Origin: a bacterium
Lineage (GTDB): Bacteria > Zhuqueibacterota > Zhuqueibacteria > Residuimicrobiales > Krinioviventaceae
Direction of reading: 5' to 3'
DNA: 64,000 nucleotides
Assembly (NCBI GenBank): GCA_963693055.1
Contig: OY843751.1
Coordinates: forward strand, 32,001-96,000
Notes under the pieces: model-generated
The model's input: only the letters and a program-made list of their open reading frames with translations
The model's database searches: none
What the model was told of the DNA's origin: nothing
Position numbers and translations under genes: made by a program
Shown: positions 30,627-40,171 of the stretch, piece after piece
Layout: every line of letters begins with the position of its first letter
Position numbering within the stretch: the stretch's first letter is position 1

Positions 30627-32984
30627 TTAGCGAAGCAAAGTACATTTTTTAATTAAAGTATTACTGTTTGTTGCGAGGCGTATAAAATAGATACCGGAGG
30701 GATGGGCTGCGGCTTGCCATATCAATTCATAATTGCCTGCGGTTTGGGTGCCACTAAACAAATGATCAATCCGTTGACCCGTAATATTATAGATTTCAAT
30801 GTTGACACGGGAAGGTTTTTCGAGTTGATAGGCTATTGTGGTATTATTATTAAAAGGATTGGGGTAATTCTGAACCAAACGGGTAGTTTTGGGTGTTTTC
30901 CCGGTTTTAATACCTGATATGGTTTGCGGCATGGCCTTTAACGTGTTGAATATTTGCAGTTTTCCACTACCCCAGGCATTGTTAGGTGTTGAGCCGGTGA
31001 GTTCATCCTGCAAGGCGCCTTGTGCCAGCAGAGATCTGATTTGGACGACAGAGAGTGTCGAATCGATTTGCAGCATTAGTGCAATAGCTCCTGCTGCATG
31101 CGGACCGGAAAAACTGGTGCCTTCAACGCTTCTGTAGCCTCCGCTGAATTGTGGATAGCGGGTGTTGACGTCGGGAGTAAAGATCAGCTTGCCCGGGGCG
31201 GTAATATCTACACATTCCATACCATCGATTCTTGGCCCAATACCACTAAAGGTTGACAACTCGCCGGCAGGCTGATTGGTGGTCCGGATGTTAAAAGAGC
31301 CAACAGTCACCGCGCTGTCTGCTGTGGCAGGTAGTGTGACTGTGGCATTTTTTGTTGCATATGCATTGAAAAAAGCGCCATGTTCCCAGCCAAAGCGGGG
31401 ATCATAAGCATAACCATCCAAATGTCTTGTGGTGTTGGAAGGATTTTTTATGGTTATAGTCCAGTCACTTCCCACACGGTTGAGTCTGTACAGGACAATA
31501 TCGTATCGGCCTGTACCGCGCTCAGACTGCTGATGGGTGGTCCATATGTTAAAGAGCATGGAAGGAGTGATCTCTGAGGTCGCATCGAGTTTGAAATACT
31601 GTCCATCAGGAGACAGTAAACTGAAATCAAACAGGGAATCCTGATCTGTGAACAGAAATGACAAGAAAAATGGCGTACCGTTATTGTCCTGAATGATGGG
31701 CCAGGTTACACTAAAGGATATGGAATTGTTTGGCGGGATGTCCGCTTCCATGTGAACATCTGCCAGGTTCATATTGCCGGAGGGTATTACCGGAATGACA
31801 CCCCTGGCCGCAAGCGAATCCATCATGATCTCTTCATGAGATGACCCGTCCAGATATTCCTGCGAGTACCAGCCTTGTTCATACGTAACCAGATTTACAT
31901 CTGCTTCCGCCAGATACTCGAGGGTGCCGTAAACCAGGTCTGCATCGGGTGCTATGCCGGTTAGCGCGTTTACACCCGGCCAGCCTCCGGCAAGAATACC
32001 GCCAACGGCAGTACCATGTGAATTGATGGTGTTTAGCTCTATCAGGTCCACACCGCGTTCAAGTATTCTGTAAACAGGATTAAAGTTTTCGTCCAAGCCC
32101 ATATATTCACGGATGGCCTTGATTTTTGAAGAGCTTAATTGTACCAGCGGTTCATCACTGTTTAATCGATTGTTTTTGTTAGAGTCAATACATATAAACA
32201 AGGGTTCACCATAGGCCGGATCGGTTTCTGTAAATCCTGCGGATGTACCGTAATCCCGTATCCCATTGCTGTTGCTGTCAATAAACAGCCAGTCATATTG
32301 AGGTTCGTACGCGTCTTGTGTTTTTTCAAACAGTTCCCAGTAATCCAGAACGGGAGCATTGATGTAATGCAGTATTTCATCCGCATCAATTGTTCCGTTG
32401 TCATCCAGATCAATGCCGTCGGTACCACCGTCAAATTGTCCGTTTTGATTGACATCGGTCCAATCCAGGGTGTCGCCATCTGCGCGAAAAAACAGGGGAT
32501 GGAATATATCCGGGGGATCATCTGCAACGCCAATGGTAATACCTTTACCGGTGATTGGGTTTAAATTGCTATCGTATTGTACCCAGCACTGGTCCGCCTG
32601 TATGAGAGCCGCGCTTTTATTTAGACATTTATGACGGTCCTCTTGCCCTGCATACTCGATGGAGAGGATGTTTTCATCCTTTTGTAAAGCAGCAAGCAGA
32701 TCAACAGGAGTATAAGCTTTATAGATACCACCCAAATGCAGGGGGGACTGGTTTATCTTTTCAAAAAATACACCCCGGCTTTCCCATTGCTGCACAAAAT
32801 CGGCAGGTACATTGGAGCGCGTGCGGATGGAAATGGCGATTTTGTCCTGGTCCACTTTTTGAAGAGATGCTTGGGTATTGTCAGATGCCCATAACAGATA
32901 CTGCAGCCGGGTGTCCAGCTTTTGCGTACCTGCAAAAAGTGAATGAGAAAAGATGAGAAATATGTATAAATATAATTTATTAAT
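30627..32984 (-). CDS. Secreted S8 subtilisin-like serine peptidase with C-terminal sorting domain; start uncertain (ATT 32984 or GTG 32855)
   Basis: GVADD, HGTAVGG, GTSFSGP triad; DxNxNG repeats; QNYPNPFN; in-frame signal-like segment upstream of the GTG. Confidence 0.88.
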   Translation of the reverse strand: MNKLYLYIFLIFSHSLFAGTQKLDTRLQYLLWASDNTQASLQKVDQDKIAISIRTRSNVPADFVQQWESRGVFFEKINQSPLHLGGIYKAYTPVDLLAALQKDENILSIEYAGQEDRHKCLNKSAALIQADQCWVQYDSNLNPITGKGITIGVADDPPDIFHPLFFRADGDTLDWTDVNQNGQFDGGTDGIDLDDNGTIDADEILHYINAPVLDYWELFEKTQDAYEPQYDWLFIDSNSNGIRDYGTSAGFTETDPAYGEPLFICIDSNKNNRLNSDEPLVQLSSSKIKAIREYMGLDENFNPVYRILERGVDLIELNTINSHGTAVGGILAGGWPGVNALTGIAPDADLVYGTLEYLAEADVNLVTYEQGWYSQEYLDGSSHEEIMMDSLAARGVIPVIPSGNMNLADVHMEADIPPNNSISFSVTWPIIQDNNGTPFFLSFLFTDQDSLFDFSLLSPDGQYFKLDATSEITPSMLFNIWTTHQQSERGTGRYDIVLYRLNRVGSDWTITIKNPSNTTRHLDGYAYDPRFGWEHGAFFNAYATKNATVTLPATADSAVTVGSFNIRTTNQPAGELSTFSGIGPRIDGMECVDITAPGKLIFTPDVNTRYPQFSGGYRSVEGTSFSGPHAAGAIALMLQIDSTLSVVQIRSLLAQGALQDELTGSTPNNAWGSGKLQIFNTLKAMPQTISGIKTGKTPKTTRLVQNYPNPFNNNTTIAYQLEKPSRVNIEIYNITGQRIDHLFSGTQTAGNYELIWQAAAHPSGIYFIRLATNSNTLIKKCTLLR

Positions 32985-33282
32985 TTTAATTTCCTTTATG
33001 GGTACAACAAATTTAAGAATTATTGATGAACCGTTGCCTGGGATAATACTGCTCCGAATGTGAGATTATTTATGTTGGCCTGTTTCCCATGAAATTAAAT
33101 ATAACAATACGATCATTGTACAGAAATCGCAGATATTTAGGAAAACAGGAGTTGGACAGCAGATCTCCAAAAACAAGTTTTGCTGAAAAATTCGGGTTCA
33201 ATATACGTAAAAACATTGTTTATTGCAAAACGGGAATTGAGAAAATGGGATTGTTTGGGGGTAAAGAACGTTTTAAAATTGG

Positions 33283-33321
33283 AAATCCTGCCGCCAAAGT
33301 GATATGTAACGGCAGGATTTC
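33283..33321 (-). terminator. Terminator-like hairpin
   Basis: AAATCCTGCCG...CGGCAGGATTT just past the stop at 33336. Confidence 0.6.
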
Positions 33322-33335
33322 CAAATCAGTCGCTG

Positions 33336-34322
33336 TTATTCAAATTTTTTAACATAATCTAAAAAAGCCTTGGCGGTTTTGTCGAGGTTTTCCATAGAAC
33401 CGCCGCCATCCAATACTTCGCACATTTCATAAACAATATAGCCCTGGTAACCGATTTCTTTCAAAGTACCAATAAAGTTCTCATAATCGATAACGCCGGT
33501 GCCCATGGGGACCGCGCGCATAACCGGTTTTTCGGCAATATAATTGGTGAGGTGGTTTTCGTAATGGTAGCGGGGCATGGTGATATAATCCGCGGCTATA
33601 GTATTGACAATAAACGGTTTCATTTTTAAAATGGATTCGCGGATTTCTTCTTTGCTCAAGCCTTCCAGTGTGGGGGACCAGGCATCCCAGCCGGACATGA
33701 CGTTGGGCATATTGACTTCTTTGAGCAGCCAGTACATGGCATCGTGATGCAGGGCAATATCGTGATGGTTTTGCACCACCAGGGTTACACCGTACTCTGC
33801 CGCGCGTTTGCCCGATTCTCTTAATCCTTCTAAAACCATGGCGTATTGCTTGTCGTAAGGGATACCGGGTCTTTCGTAACCGGTAAAGATGCGGACCATA
33901 TTGGTGCCCAGATCTTTGGCCAGTTTAGCCAGTTCACCAACATATGCGGCCTGGATCTCGGTATGGGGAATGCCGGGCTTGTCGATACCGGCGGTGTAAT
34001 CGGTATAACCGGCAAGGGCAACCAGCTCGAGTCCCAGTTCTTCTATGCGGGCTTTGAGCTTTTTGCGGGCCGCTTGATCATAATCAATGATGGAAACATG
34101 GGGGCGTTTGGCCACCAGCATAACGCCGTCGTAACCCAGTTCTTTGGCCTTGACCAGGAACTCGTCAACGGTCAACTGTGTCTGGCCGCGCCACACTCCG
34201 GCATAGCTGACCGAGTGCAGACAGGTTTTGACTTTGAAATCTTTGGGATTGCCCGTGGGTGTTTTCTGCGCGTATCCCATTACTGTGAAAAATAACAACA
34301 ATACAACAAGCATACGTTTCAT
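33336..34322 (-). CDS. Exported sugar phosphate isomerase/epimerase (AP-endonuclease-2 TIM barrel)
   Basis: AKELGYDGV, VRIFTG, QNHHD, GTGVIDY, IGYQGYIVYE; signal peptide. Confidence 0.85.
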   Translation of the reverse strand: MKRMLVVLLLFFTVMGYAQKTPTGNPKDFKVKTCLHSVSYAGVWRGQTQLTVDEFLVKAKELGYDGVMLVAKRPHVSIIDYDQAARKKLKARIEELGLELVALAGYTDYTAGIDKPGIPHTEIQAAYVGELAKLAKDLGTNMVRIFTGYERPGIPYDKQYAMVLEGLRESGKRAAEYGVTLVVQNHHDIALHHDAMYWLLKEVNMPNVMSGWDAWSPTLEGLSKEEIRESILKMKPFIVNTIAADYITMPRYHYENHLTNYIAEKPVMRAVPMGTGVIDYENFIGTLKEIGYQGYIVYEMCEVLDGGGSMENLDKTAKAFLDYVKKFE

Positions 34323-34343
34323 GATTGACCTCTGTTTTGTGGG

Positions 34344-34565
34344 AATTTGCAAATTTTTAATACTTAGACATTTTTTAACAAATAATCAAGGGAAAAAGAC
34401 GGGTGGCAGAATGATATGAAAAAGAAAGAGTAGGATTAGCAAGTTTCCTGGGTGATTGGAATGGGAGAATAGCCCGGCACCTTTGATGTGATGAGCTATT
34501 ACATGTAATTTACAAATTTTAAATACTTTTTATTTTTTGACAAATAATCAAGGGAAAAAGACGGG
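34344..34565 (-). repeat. About 60-bp duplication of a promoter-like segment (34344-34403 and 34507-34565)
   Basis: Shared ACAAATAATCAAGGGAAAAAGACGGG core; the distal copy reads TTGTCA-16-TAAAAT on the minus strand. Confidence 0.75.
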
Positions 34566-34788
34566 AGGAATGTAGAACGAGATTTAATTCATTTGTCCGC
34601 TGCAAGCGGACAACTTTCCCGTCTTACCCGTAACCGGGGCTCGAGTTCGATTGCATTCGCCAATAGAGAATGCAATCGGGTATAAAAGGCCCGGTATCAA
34701 TCTTGTTTTTTTCTATGATTGTGACGCAGATTTTTGCAACGTGGAATTTATATTGAGACTCTTGGCTGGTTTTATTTTAAATATGGGT

Positions 34789-34817
34789 TAGGGACCGGTC
34801 TGAGACCGGTCCCTACA
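34789..34817. repeat. GTAG-type REP element
   Basis: Minus strand GTAG-GGACCGGTC-TCA-GACCGGTCC-CTA. Confidence 0.75.
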
Positions 34818-35267
34818 TTGCGATTATTAAGAAATATAGTAATGCAGATTTCAGCATTGCGGAATATCGCATGGGGACATTCGTACCGAAATTGCTTTGT
34901 ATGCAGCCAGGTCAAATGTCCTGATATATATTCCGCCCGGAACTTCCGATGTGCCGGGCTATTAAATACCTCAACATTTTGGAAGAGAAAGAAAAAAATC
35001 TATTTATTATGGTTCCTCTTGATCAAATCTGAAATTTTACTTATTATAAAAAAACTAGAGTGCTGGATTTATAAATTTAACGAGTGATGAGGGAGCTCAC
35101 TTGTAATTCAGCGCTTCACGGGGTCGTACTACACGTGAATGCTGTAATCTAATTCGCAAAGAGATGCTCATGTACTGTGGGGTACAATATGAAAGCAAGG
35201 GGAGACGCCTTCAGGCCGCCGTAGATGTATACTAAATTCAAAATTAAATTAAAACAAGGAGTTTAGC

Positions 35268-35918
35268 ATGAAAAATGTAATTAAATTTACTATTTTTGTA
35301 TTATTTTTTTTCAGCTCAATTGCATCTGCTGTTTCAATAGTAAGCGGCCCAACATTCTCAAAGATTGTAATGGATGATTCGTATTATGATATGCATTATT
35401 CAGTGGGTTTGCGATTTGAAAAAAAATTAAGTCAAAAGATATCTCTGATTCATGAATACCTGTTAACAACCAAAGGTGGCTTTTTAAATAATAAAACAAT
35501 TTTTTTAAATAATTTTAGTGAATCTTATATCAGCGATATTTATTGTAAGATCCGCTGTATTGAAATCCCATTACTGCTCAAATATCATATTCATTCTGGC
35601 TTTAATATGTTAGGTGGTTTGGGTTTCAATCTTGGGGTTTCGGACGCATCCGAAATAAATGAGATTGGTGAAATGAGCATTTTATATCAAGACTCGGAAA
35701 GTTTGGAATATGACTTTGGTACCAATTTTGACACAGAATTTTACTCAACAGACAACTCTAGTATAGATTTAGATATCGGAGTTTCTTTTGAAAATGAATT
35801 CTGTGGTTGTGAATTTCTTGCAATATATAATCTTTTAGGACGTTTGGAGACAATCAGTGGTTTAAACATTGCCGAAAAGGTATTGTGCTTTAAAATCAAT
35901 TTCATTCTAAAAAGATAG
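35268..35918 (+). CDS. Outer-membrane beta-barrel protein (PorT/porin-like)
   Basis: AAGGAG RBS, signal peptide, IEIPLLLKY; resembles the 8544 protein; AT-rich. Confidence 0.65.
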   Translation: MKNVIKFTIFVLFFFSSIASAVSIVSGPTFSKIVMDDSYYDMHYSVGLRFEKKLSQKISLIHEYLLTTKGGFLNNKTIFLNNFSESYISDIYCKIRCIEIPLLLKYHIHSGFNMLGGLGFNLGVSDASEINEIGEMSILYQDSESLEYDFGTNFDTEFYSTDNSSIDLDIGVSFENEFCGCEFLAIYNLLGRLETISGLNIAEKVLCFKINFILKR

Positions 35919-35931
35919 AAACGGAGACGAT

Positions 35932-36255
35932 ATGAAACGACTATTATTAACAACCATATTAAGTGTATTCATTCTATCTGCTAATGTGTTTGCATTATTA
36001 ATTCCAAGTTCTAATCGGGTTGATTGGTCATCAGCGGGTCTGTATTCTAATGGGCCTGCTTGCGTAGATACTGTTTTACAAATAAATTTAATGCCAGGTG
36101 CTGATGACGATGCAAGGATAAGTAATGCATTAACCACTATTCGGGATATGAGAAGCAATGATAATTATGAAGGTTGGATAATTATTTATACTCGTTCCCA
36201 AACTCCTGTTTGGGAACGCTATGGCTGGATAAACTCTGTTTATCCAGTATGTTAA
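35932..36255 (+). pseudogene. Truncated secreted protein, 3' end replaced by REP-derived sequence
   Basis: Signal peptide and NRVDWSSAG; the frame runs into the REP CGTTCCCAAAC-TCCT-GTTTGGGAACG at about 36191. Confidence 0.55.
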
Positions 36256-36279
36256 GGGGCGTTTTTTGCTTTAGATGTG

Positions 36280-37124
36280 GTCCACCTGGCGGTGGACAAT
36301 CCCATTAAAATGGGATCTACAAGTTGAATGAAAATTGTTTTGTTTGTGTAGTATTTATTCTTTTATTTAATATATAAAAGCACAAACCATTAAATGTGTT
36401 GCATTACGGACTTGAGTTACCAGCAATCCCACTTAAAAAAGGATTATCTGTTCTCCTTTATGTTCTTGACTTTGGTTGAATTTATTATAATCTTGATAAA
36501 CGGTATAGATTAAAACCGGGGAAGATTTTTACACGATTTACTATCACTTTCAAGATTAAAATGAGCCAAGGGGTGGAATTATGTATTCTAAAAAATTACT
36601 CTTGTTATATGTCATACTCATTTCAAGCGTTTTGTCTTGCTCGTATTGTTATAATATTTCTAACGATTCTTGCCAGACTCTTGAAGATAAAGAGGACATT
36701 CGGCTCGAGATTCATACGCTTGATGGTGATGTTTATGTTACACGAAATTTTCATGTTGGTAATGATACTTTGTATCTTGAGGATTATACACGGTCAGTGG
36801 GTAAAAAAGGAATGAAAATTCATATAAAATCAATTCGTTATGTTAAAGCATGCGAGTATAACACAACAAAAGGGAAAAAGGGCGGGTTGAAATTCGGTTT
36901 AGGCGTTATTTCCTTTTTTGTAATATTCCCTTTATTGTTATTGATACTGTACCCGCCGGCGGATTTATGAGAATACAATGATAAATTTGTTTGACAGCGT
37001 ACGGCCCTTTAATACGTCCCGTCAGAAGACGGGAAACCTGCCGTTCTGGTTTCTTCTGTCCACCTGCCGGTGGACAATCCCATTAAAATAGGATTTACAA
37101 GTAGAACGAAATTTATTTCGTTTG
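36280..37124. repeat. 67-bp direct repeats (36280-36346, 37058-37124) flanking one gene
   Basis: GTCCACC-TG(G/C)C-GGTGGAC-AATCCCATTAAAAT(G/A)GGAT..TACAAGT in both copies. Confidence 0.85.
36581..36970 (+). CDS. Hypothetical lipoprotein with C-terminal TM helix
   Basis: VLSC lipobox-like; hydrophobic C-terminus. Confidence 0.6.
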   Translation: MYSKKLLLLYVILISSVLSCSYCYNISNDSCQTLEDKEDIRLEIHTLDGDVYVTRNFHVGNDTLYLEDYTRSVGKKGMKIHIKSIRYVKACEYNTTKGKKGGLKFGLGVISFFVIFPLLLLILYPPADL

Positions 37125-37439
37125 GCAGCTGCAAGCGGACTTGGTCAACTATGCATACTTGGAACTTTTCAGTTTGCTCTTGTCCGTATGCTGGTGAATT
37201 CATGGCATGTTAAGTGTCGTTTTTTCCTCCTTGTCGTAAACTGCCAATGATCGAACAATTTCAAAATGAATTTTCCGAAAATACTTGCTTTGATTACAGG
37301 TCTTGTATATATTATTAATAGTATCTCTATGGATTCTGTGGATGATAACGAGTAGGGAACACCTGGGAACGAAACCAATTACCAAATAAAAAAATATTAC
37401 CCGGAAAGCAGTAAATTTAATAATAAATGGAGTTTTCAA

Positions 37440-38063
37440 ATGGGTGATCTAAAACAAACGTCCGGTATGTCACGCCGTAATTTCATTAAAGGATTAGGCG
37501 GTGGTGTAGCCGGAGCAACCGTTATCACTGCAACTGCGGTAGAAGCGGCACCGGAAGGTCCGCATGGCGCCAAAGTTGTGGGCCCCGGAGCTGTCAAGAT
37601 CGCATTCACTGTAAACGGAAAAAAACATGAACTCGAGATCGATCCGCGCATCACACTGCTGGATGCGCTGCGAAATGATCTGGATTACACCGGTACCAAG
37701 CGGGTCTGTAATCGTGGACAGTGCGGTGCCTGTACTATCATTATGGACGGGAAAACCGTATTGGCGTGCAGTATACTCGCTTTGGATGCCGATGGCGCGT
37801 CACTCGAGACCGTGGAAGGCCTTGCCGATGGCGACAAACTGCATCCCGTTCAGGAAGCCTTTGTAAAGCATGATGCCCTGCAATGCGGATTTTGTACACC
37901 CGGATTTATCATGTCTTGTGTCTCCTTGTTACGCGAAAACGACCAGCCTACATTGGAAGAGATCAAAACCGGCGTTTCAGGCAACTTGTGCCGGTGTGGA
38001 ACGTATCCCAATATTTTCAAAGCCGTTGCTGATGCGGCTGACACGATCAAGAAGGGAGGTTGA
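37440..38063 (+). CDS. (2Fe-2S) subunit of a xanthine/aldehyde oxidoreductase with Tat signal (PaoA/YagT-like)
   Basis: SRRNFIK; C..GQCGACT, QCGFCTPG, GNLCRCG. Confidence 0.93.
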   Translation: MGDLKQTSGMSRRNFIKGLGGGVAGATVITATAVEAAPEGPHGAKVVGPGAVKIAFTVNGKKHELEIDPRITLLDALRNDLDYTGTKRVCNRGQCGACTIIMDGKTVLACSILALDADGASLETVEGLADGDKLHPVQEAFVKHDALQCGFCTPGFIMSCVSLLRENDQPTLEEIKTGVSGNLCRCGTYPNIFKAVADAADTIKKGG

Positions 38064-38065
38064 TT

Positions 38066-40171
38066 ATGGCCGGATGGAAAAAACCTGAAGAAATGACCAT
38101 TGTGGGTAAATCCTACTCCCGTATTGATGGCCCGGATAAAGTTACCGGACGCGCAAAATATACCTATGACCTAAAATTCCCCGGTATGCTTTACGGACGC
38201 ATACTGCGCAGTCCTCACCCGCATGCAAAAATTGTATCCATTGATGCATCAGACGTATTGAAAATGCCTGGTGTAAAAACCGTGATTACCGATATCAAAG
38301 ATGAAGTGTTTTTTGTTGGCGATGATGTAGCCGCAGTGGCAGCAGTAAGTGAAGAATGTGCCGCAGAAGCGCTATTGAAATTCAAAGTCAAATACGAGGT
38401 GCTTCCCTTTACCGTACGTGAGCAGGAAGCGTTAAAAGGCGATATCAAAGTATTCAGCAACAAAGAAGATAATATAGGCCGTGTGCAAAATCGGGAAGAA
38501 GGAGATGTAGAAAAAGGATTTGCAGAAGCTGATGCCGTTGTAGAGCATACCTATCATATGAATGTGCAGATCCACACTCCCCTTGAAACTCACGGCTGTA
38601 TTGTGAATTGGGAAGGAGACGACCTCTATATGTGGAGTTCTACCCAGGCTGTTCATAGTGAACGTGCCGGCATGGCAAGGCATTTCGAGATCCCCGAAAA
38701 CAAGGTGCATGTTGTGGCCCATCATATGGGTGGTGGCTTTGGCAGCAAACTGGGCATTAAAAGCTTTCATCCCATTTGTGCCAGACTCGCGAAAAAAGCC
38801 AACGCTCCGGTAAAAATGATGCTGGACCGTGAAGAGCAATTGCTGGCAGTGGGTAACCGTCCCTCTTCATTCCAGAAAATCAAGATTGGCGCTAAAAAAG
38901 ACGGTACCTTTATCGCGTTTCAACTGGAATCCTATGGGTCGGCTGGCGTAGGAACAGGCGCCGGTGTACCTCAACCATATGTTTATGAATTTCCCAATTA
39001 TAAAATAGACCACCAGGATGTGCATATCAATGCGGGTGGCAGCGCACCCATGCGCGCACCGGGGCATCCCCAGGCCAACTTTGCCATGGAATCGGCAATT
39101 GATGAACTGGCGGACAAGCTGGGCATGGATGCGTTAGAGATGCGCAAGAAAAATGATCCCAATACTACTCGTCAAAAAGAATACGAGATTGGCGCGGAAC
39201 AGTTTGGCTGGAAGAACCGGCCCAAAACCGGTAGTCAAAGAGGACGAGTTGTAAAAGGAATGGGTGTGGGCTCTGGCCGATGGGGCGGTGGTGGCAACAA
39301 GAATACCAAAGCCATTATCAATATTTATCCCGACAGCTCGGTGGATATCAAGATCGGTACTCAGGATATTGGAACCGGAACGAGAACAATCATACAGGCG
39401 GTTGTGGCAGAAGAACTGGAATTGAAACCGGAAATGGTACAGCCCTTTATTGGTAAATCCGACTATCCCTGGGCGCCGGGCAGCGGTGGAAGTGTGACCG
39501 CTCCTTCTGTGACGACAACGGTCAAGCTGGCCGCAACTCAAGCGATGGAAACCTTGAAAACCCATGTTGCGGAAGAATGGGGTATTCCTGTTGAGCAGGT
39601 GAAATACCAAAAGATGAAATTCAACGGCAATGACAGTTCACAGTCCCTTTCATGGAAAGGAGCTTGTGCGCTTTTAGACGGGCAGCCTGTGTCTGAGCAG
39701 GTCCAATGGCAGGAAGGATTGTCTGACAGTGGTACAGCGGGTTGTCAGTTTGCTGAAGTAGAGGTAGATACCGAAACCGGTCAGATCAAGATCACCCGCA
39801 TGCTGGGTGTGCAGGATTGCGGGCTGGTAGTAAATATGCTGACAGCTGTTAACCAGGTACAGGGTGCAATGATTGGAGAGATTGGGTACGTTACTCTGGA
39901 AAACCGTCTGCTTGATTATGAAACCGGTGTAATGCCAAACGCGGATATGGAAAATTATAAAATACCGGGCGCTAAAGAAATGCCTGATTTTAGCGTAACC
40001 ATGTATGATGAATCTGAGCGGGGTGTCATCGGATTGGGTGAACCACCGGCTATACCCGGTGTGGGTGCAATTGCAAATGCAATTGCCAACGCCATTGGAA
40101 CCCGGATTTATGAACTGCCGATAACGCCTGATAAAGTCCTCATGGCGCTGCAAGGAAAGGAGGACAACTGA
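38066..40171 (+). CDS. Molybdopterin-binding subunit, xanthine dehydrogenase family (PaoC/YagR-like)
   Basis: KVTGRAKY, SPHPHA, MGGGFGSK, MRAPG, QDIGTG, GLGEPP. Confidence 0.93.
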   Translation: MAGWKKPEEMTIVGKSYSRIDGPDKVTGRAKYTYDLKFPGMLYGRILRSPHPHAKIVSIDASDVLKMPGVKTVITDIKDEVFFVGDDVAAVAAVSEECAAEALLKFKVKYEVLPFTVREQEALKGDIKVFSNKEDNIGRVQNREEGDVEKGFAEADAVVEHTYHMNVQIHTPLETHGCIVNWEGDDLYMWSSTQAVHSERAGMARHFEIPENKVHVVAHHMGGGFGSKLGIKSFHPICARLAKKANAPVKMMLDREEQLLAVGNRPSSFQKIKIGAKKDGTFIAFQLESYGSAGVGTGAGVPQPYVYEFPNYKIDHQDVHINAGGSAPMRAPGHPQANFAMESAIDELADKLGMDALEMRKKNDPNTTRQKEYEIGAEQFGWKNRPKTGSQRGRVVKGMGVGSGRWGGGGNKNTKAIINIYPDSSVDIKIGTQDIGTGTRTIIQAVVAEELELKPEMVQPFIGKSDYPWAPGSGGSVTAPSVTTTVKLAATQAMETLKTHVAEEWGIPVEQVKYQKMKFNGNDSSQSLSWKGACALLDGQPVSEQVQWQEGLSDSGTAGCQFAEVEVDTETGQIKITRMLGVQDCGLVVNMLTAVNQVQGAMIGEIGYVTLENRLLDYETGVMPNADMENYKIPGAKEMPDFSVTMYDESERGVIGLGEPPAIPGVGAIANAIANAIGTRIYELPITPDKVLMALQGKEDN

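Noticed and set aside
33089-33352. 87-aa ORF
   Set aside because: No motif; it spans a terminator hairpin and overlaps the end of the opposite gene.
34734-35087. 117-aa ORF
   Set aside because: Reads through REP palindromes (GTGLRPVPT is the REP itself); no RBS or family signal.
34440-37380. CRISPR array or integron cassette array
   Set aside because: Repeats are of mixed types and irregularly spaced; no cas or intI gene and no convincing attC RYYYAAC/GTTRRRY pairs seen.
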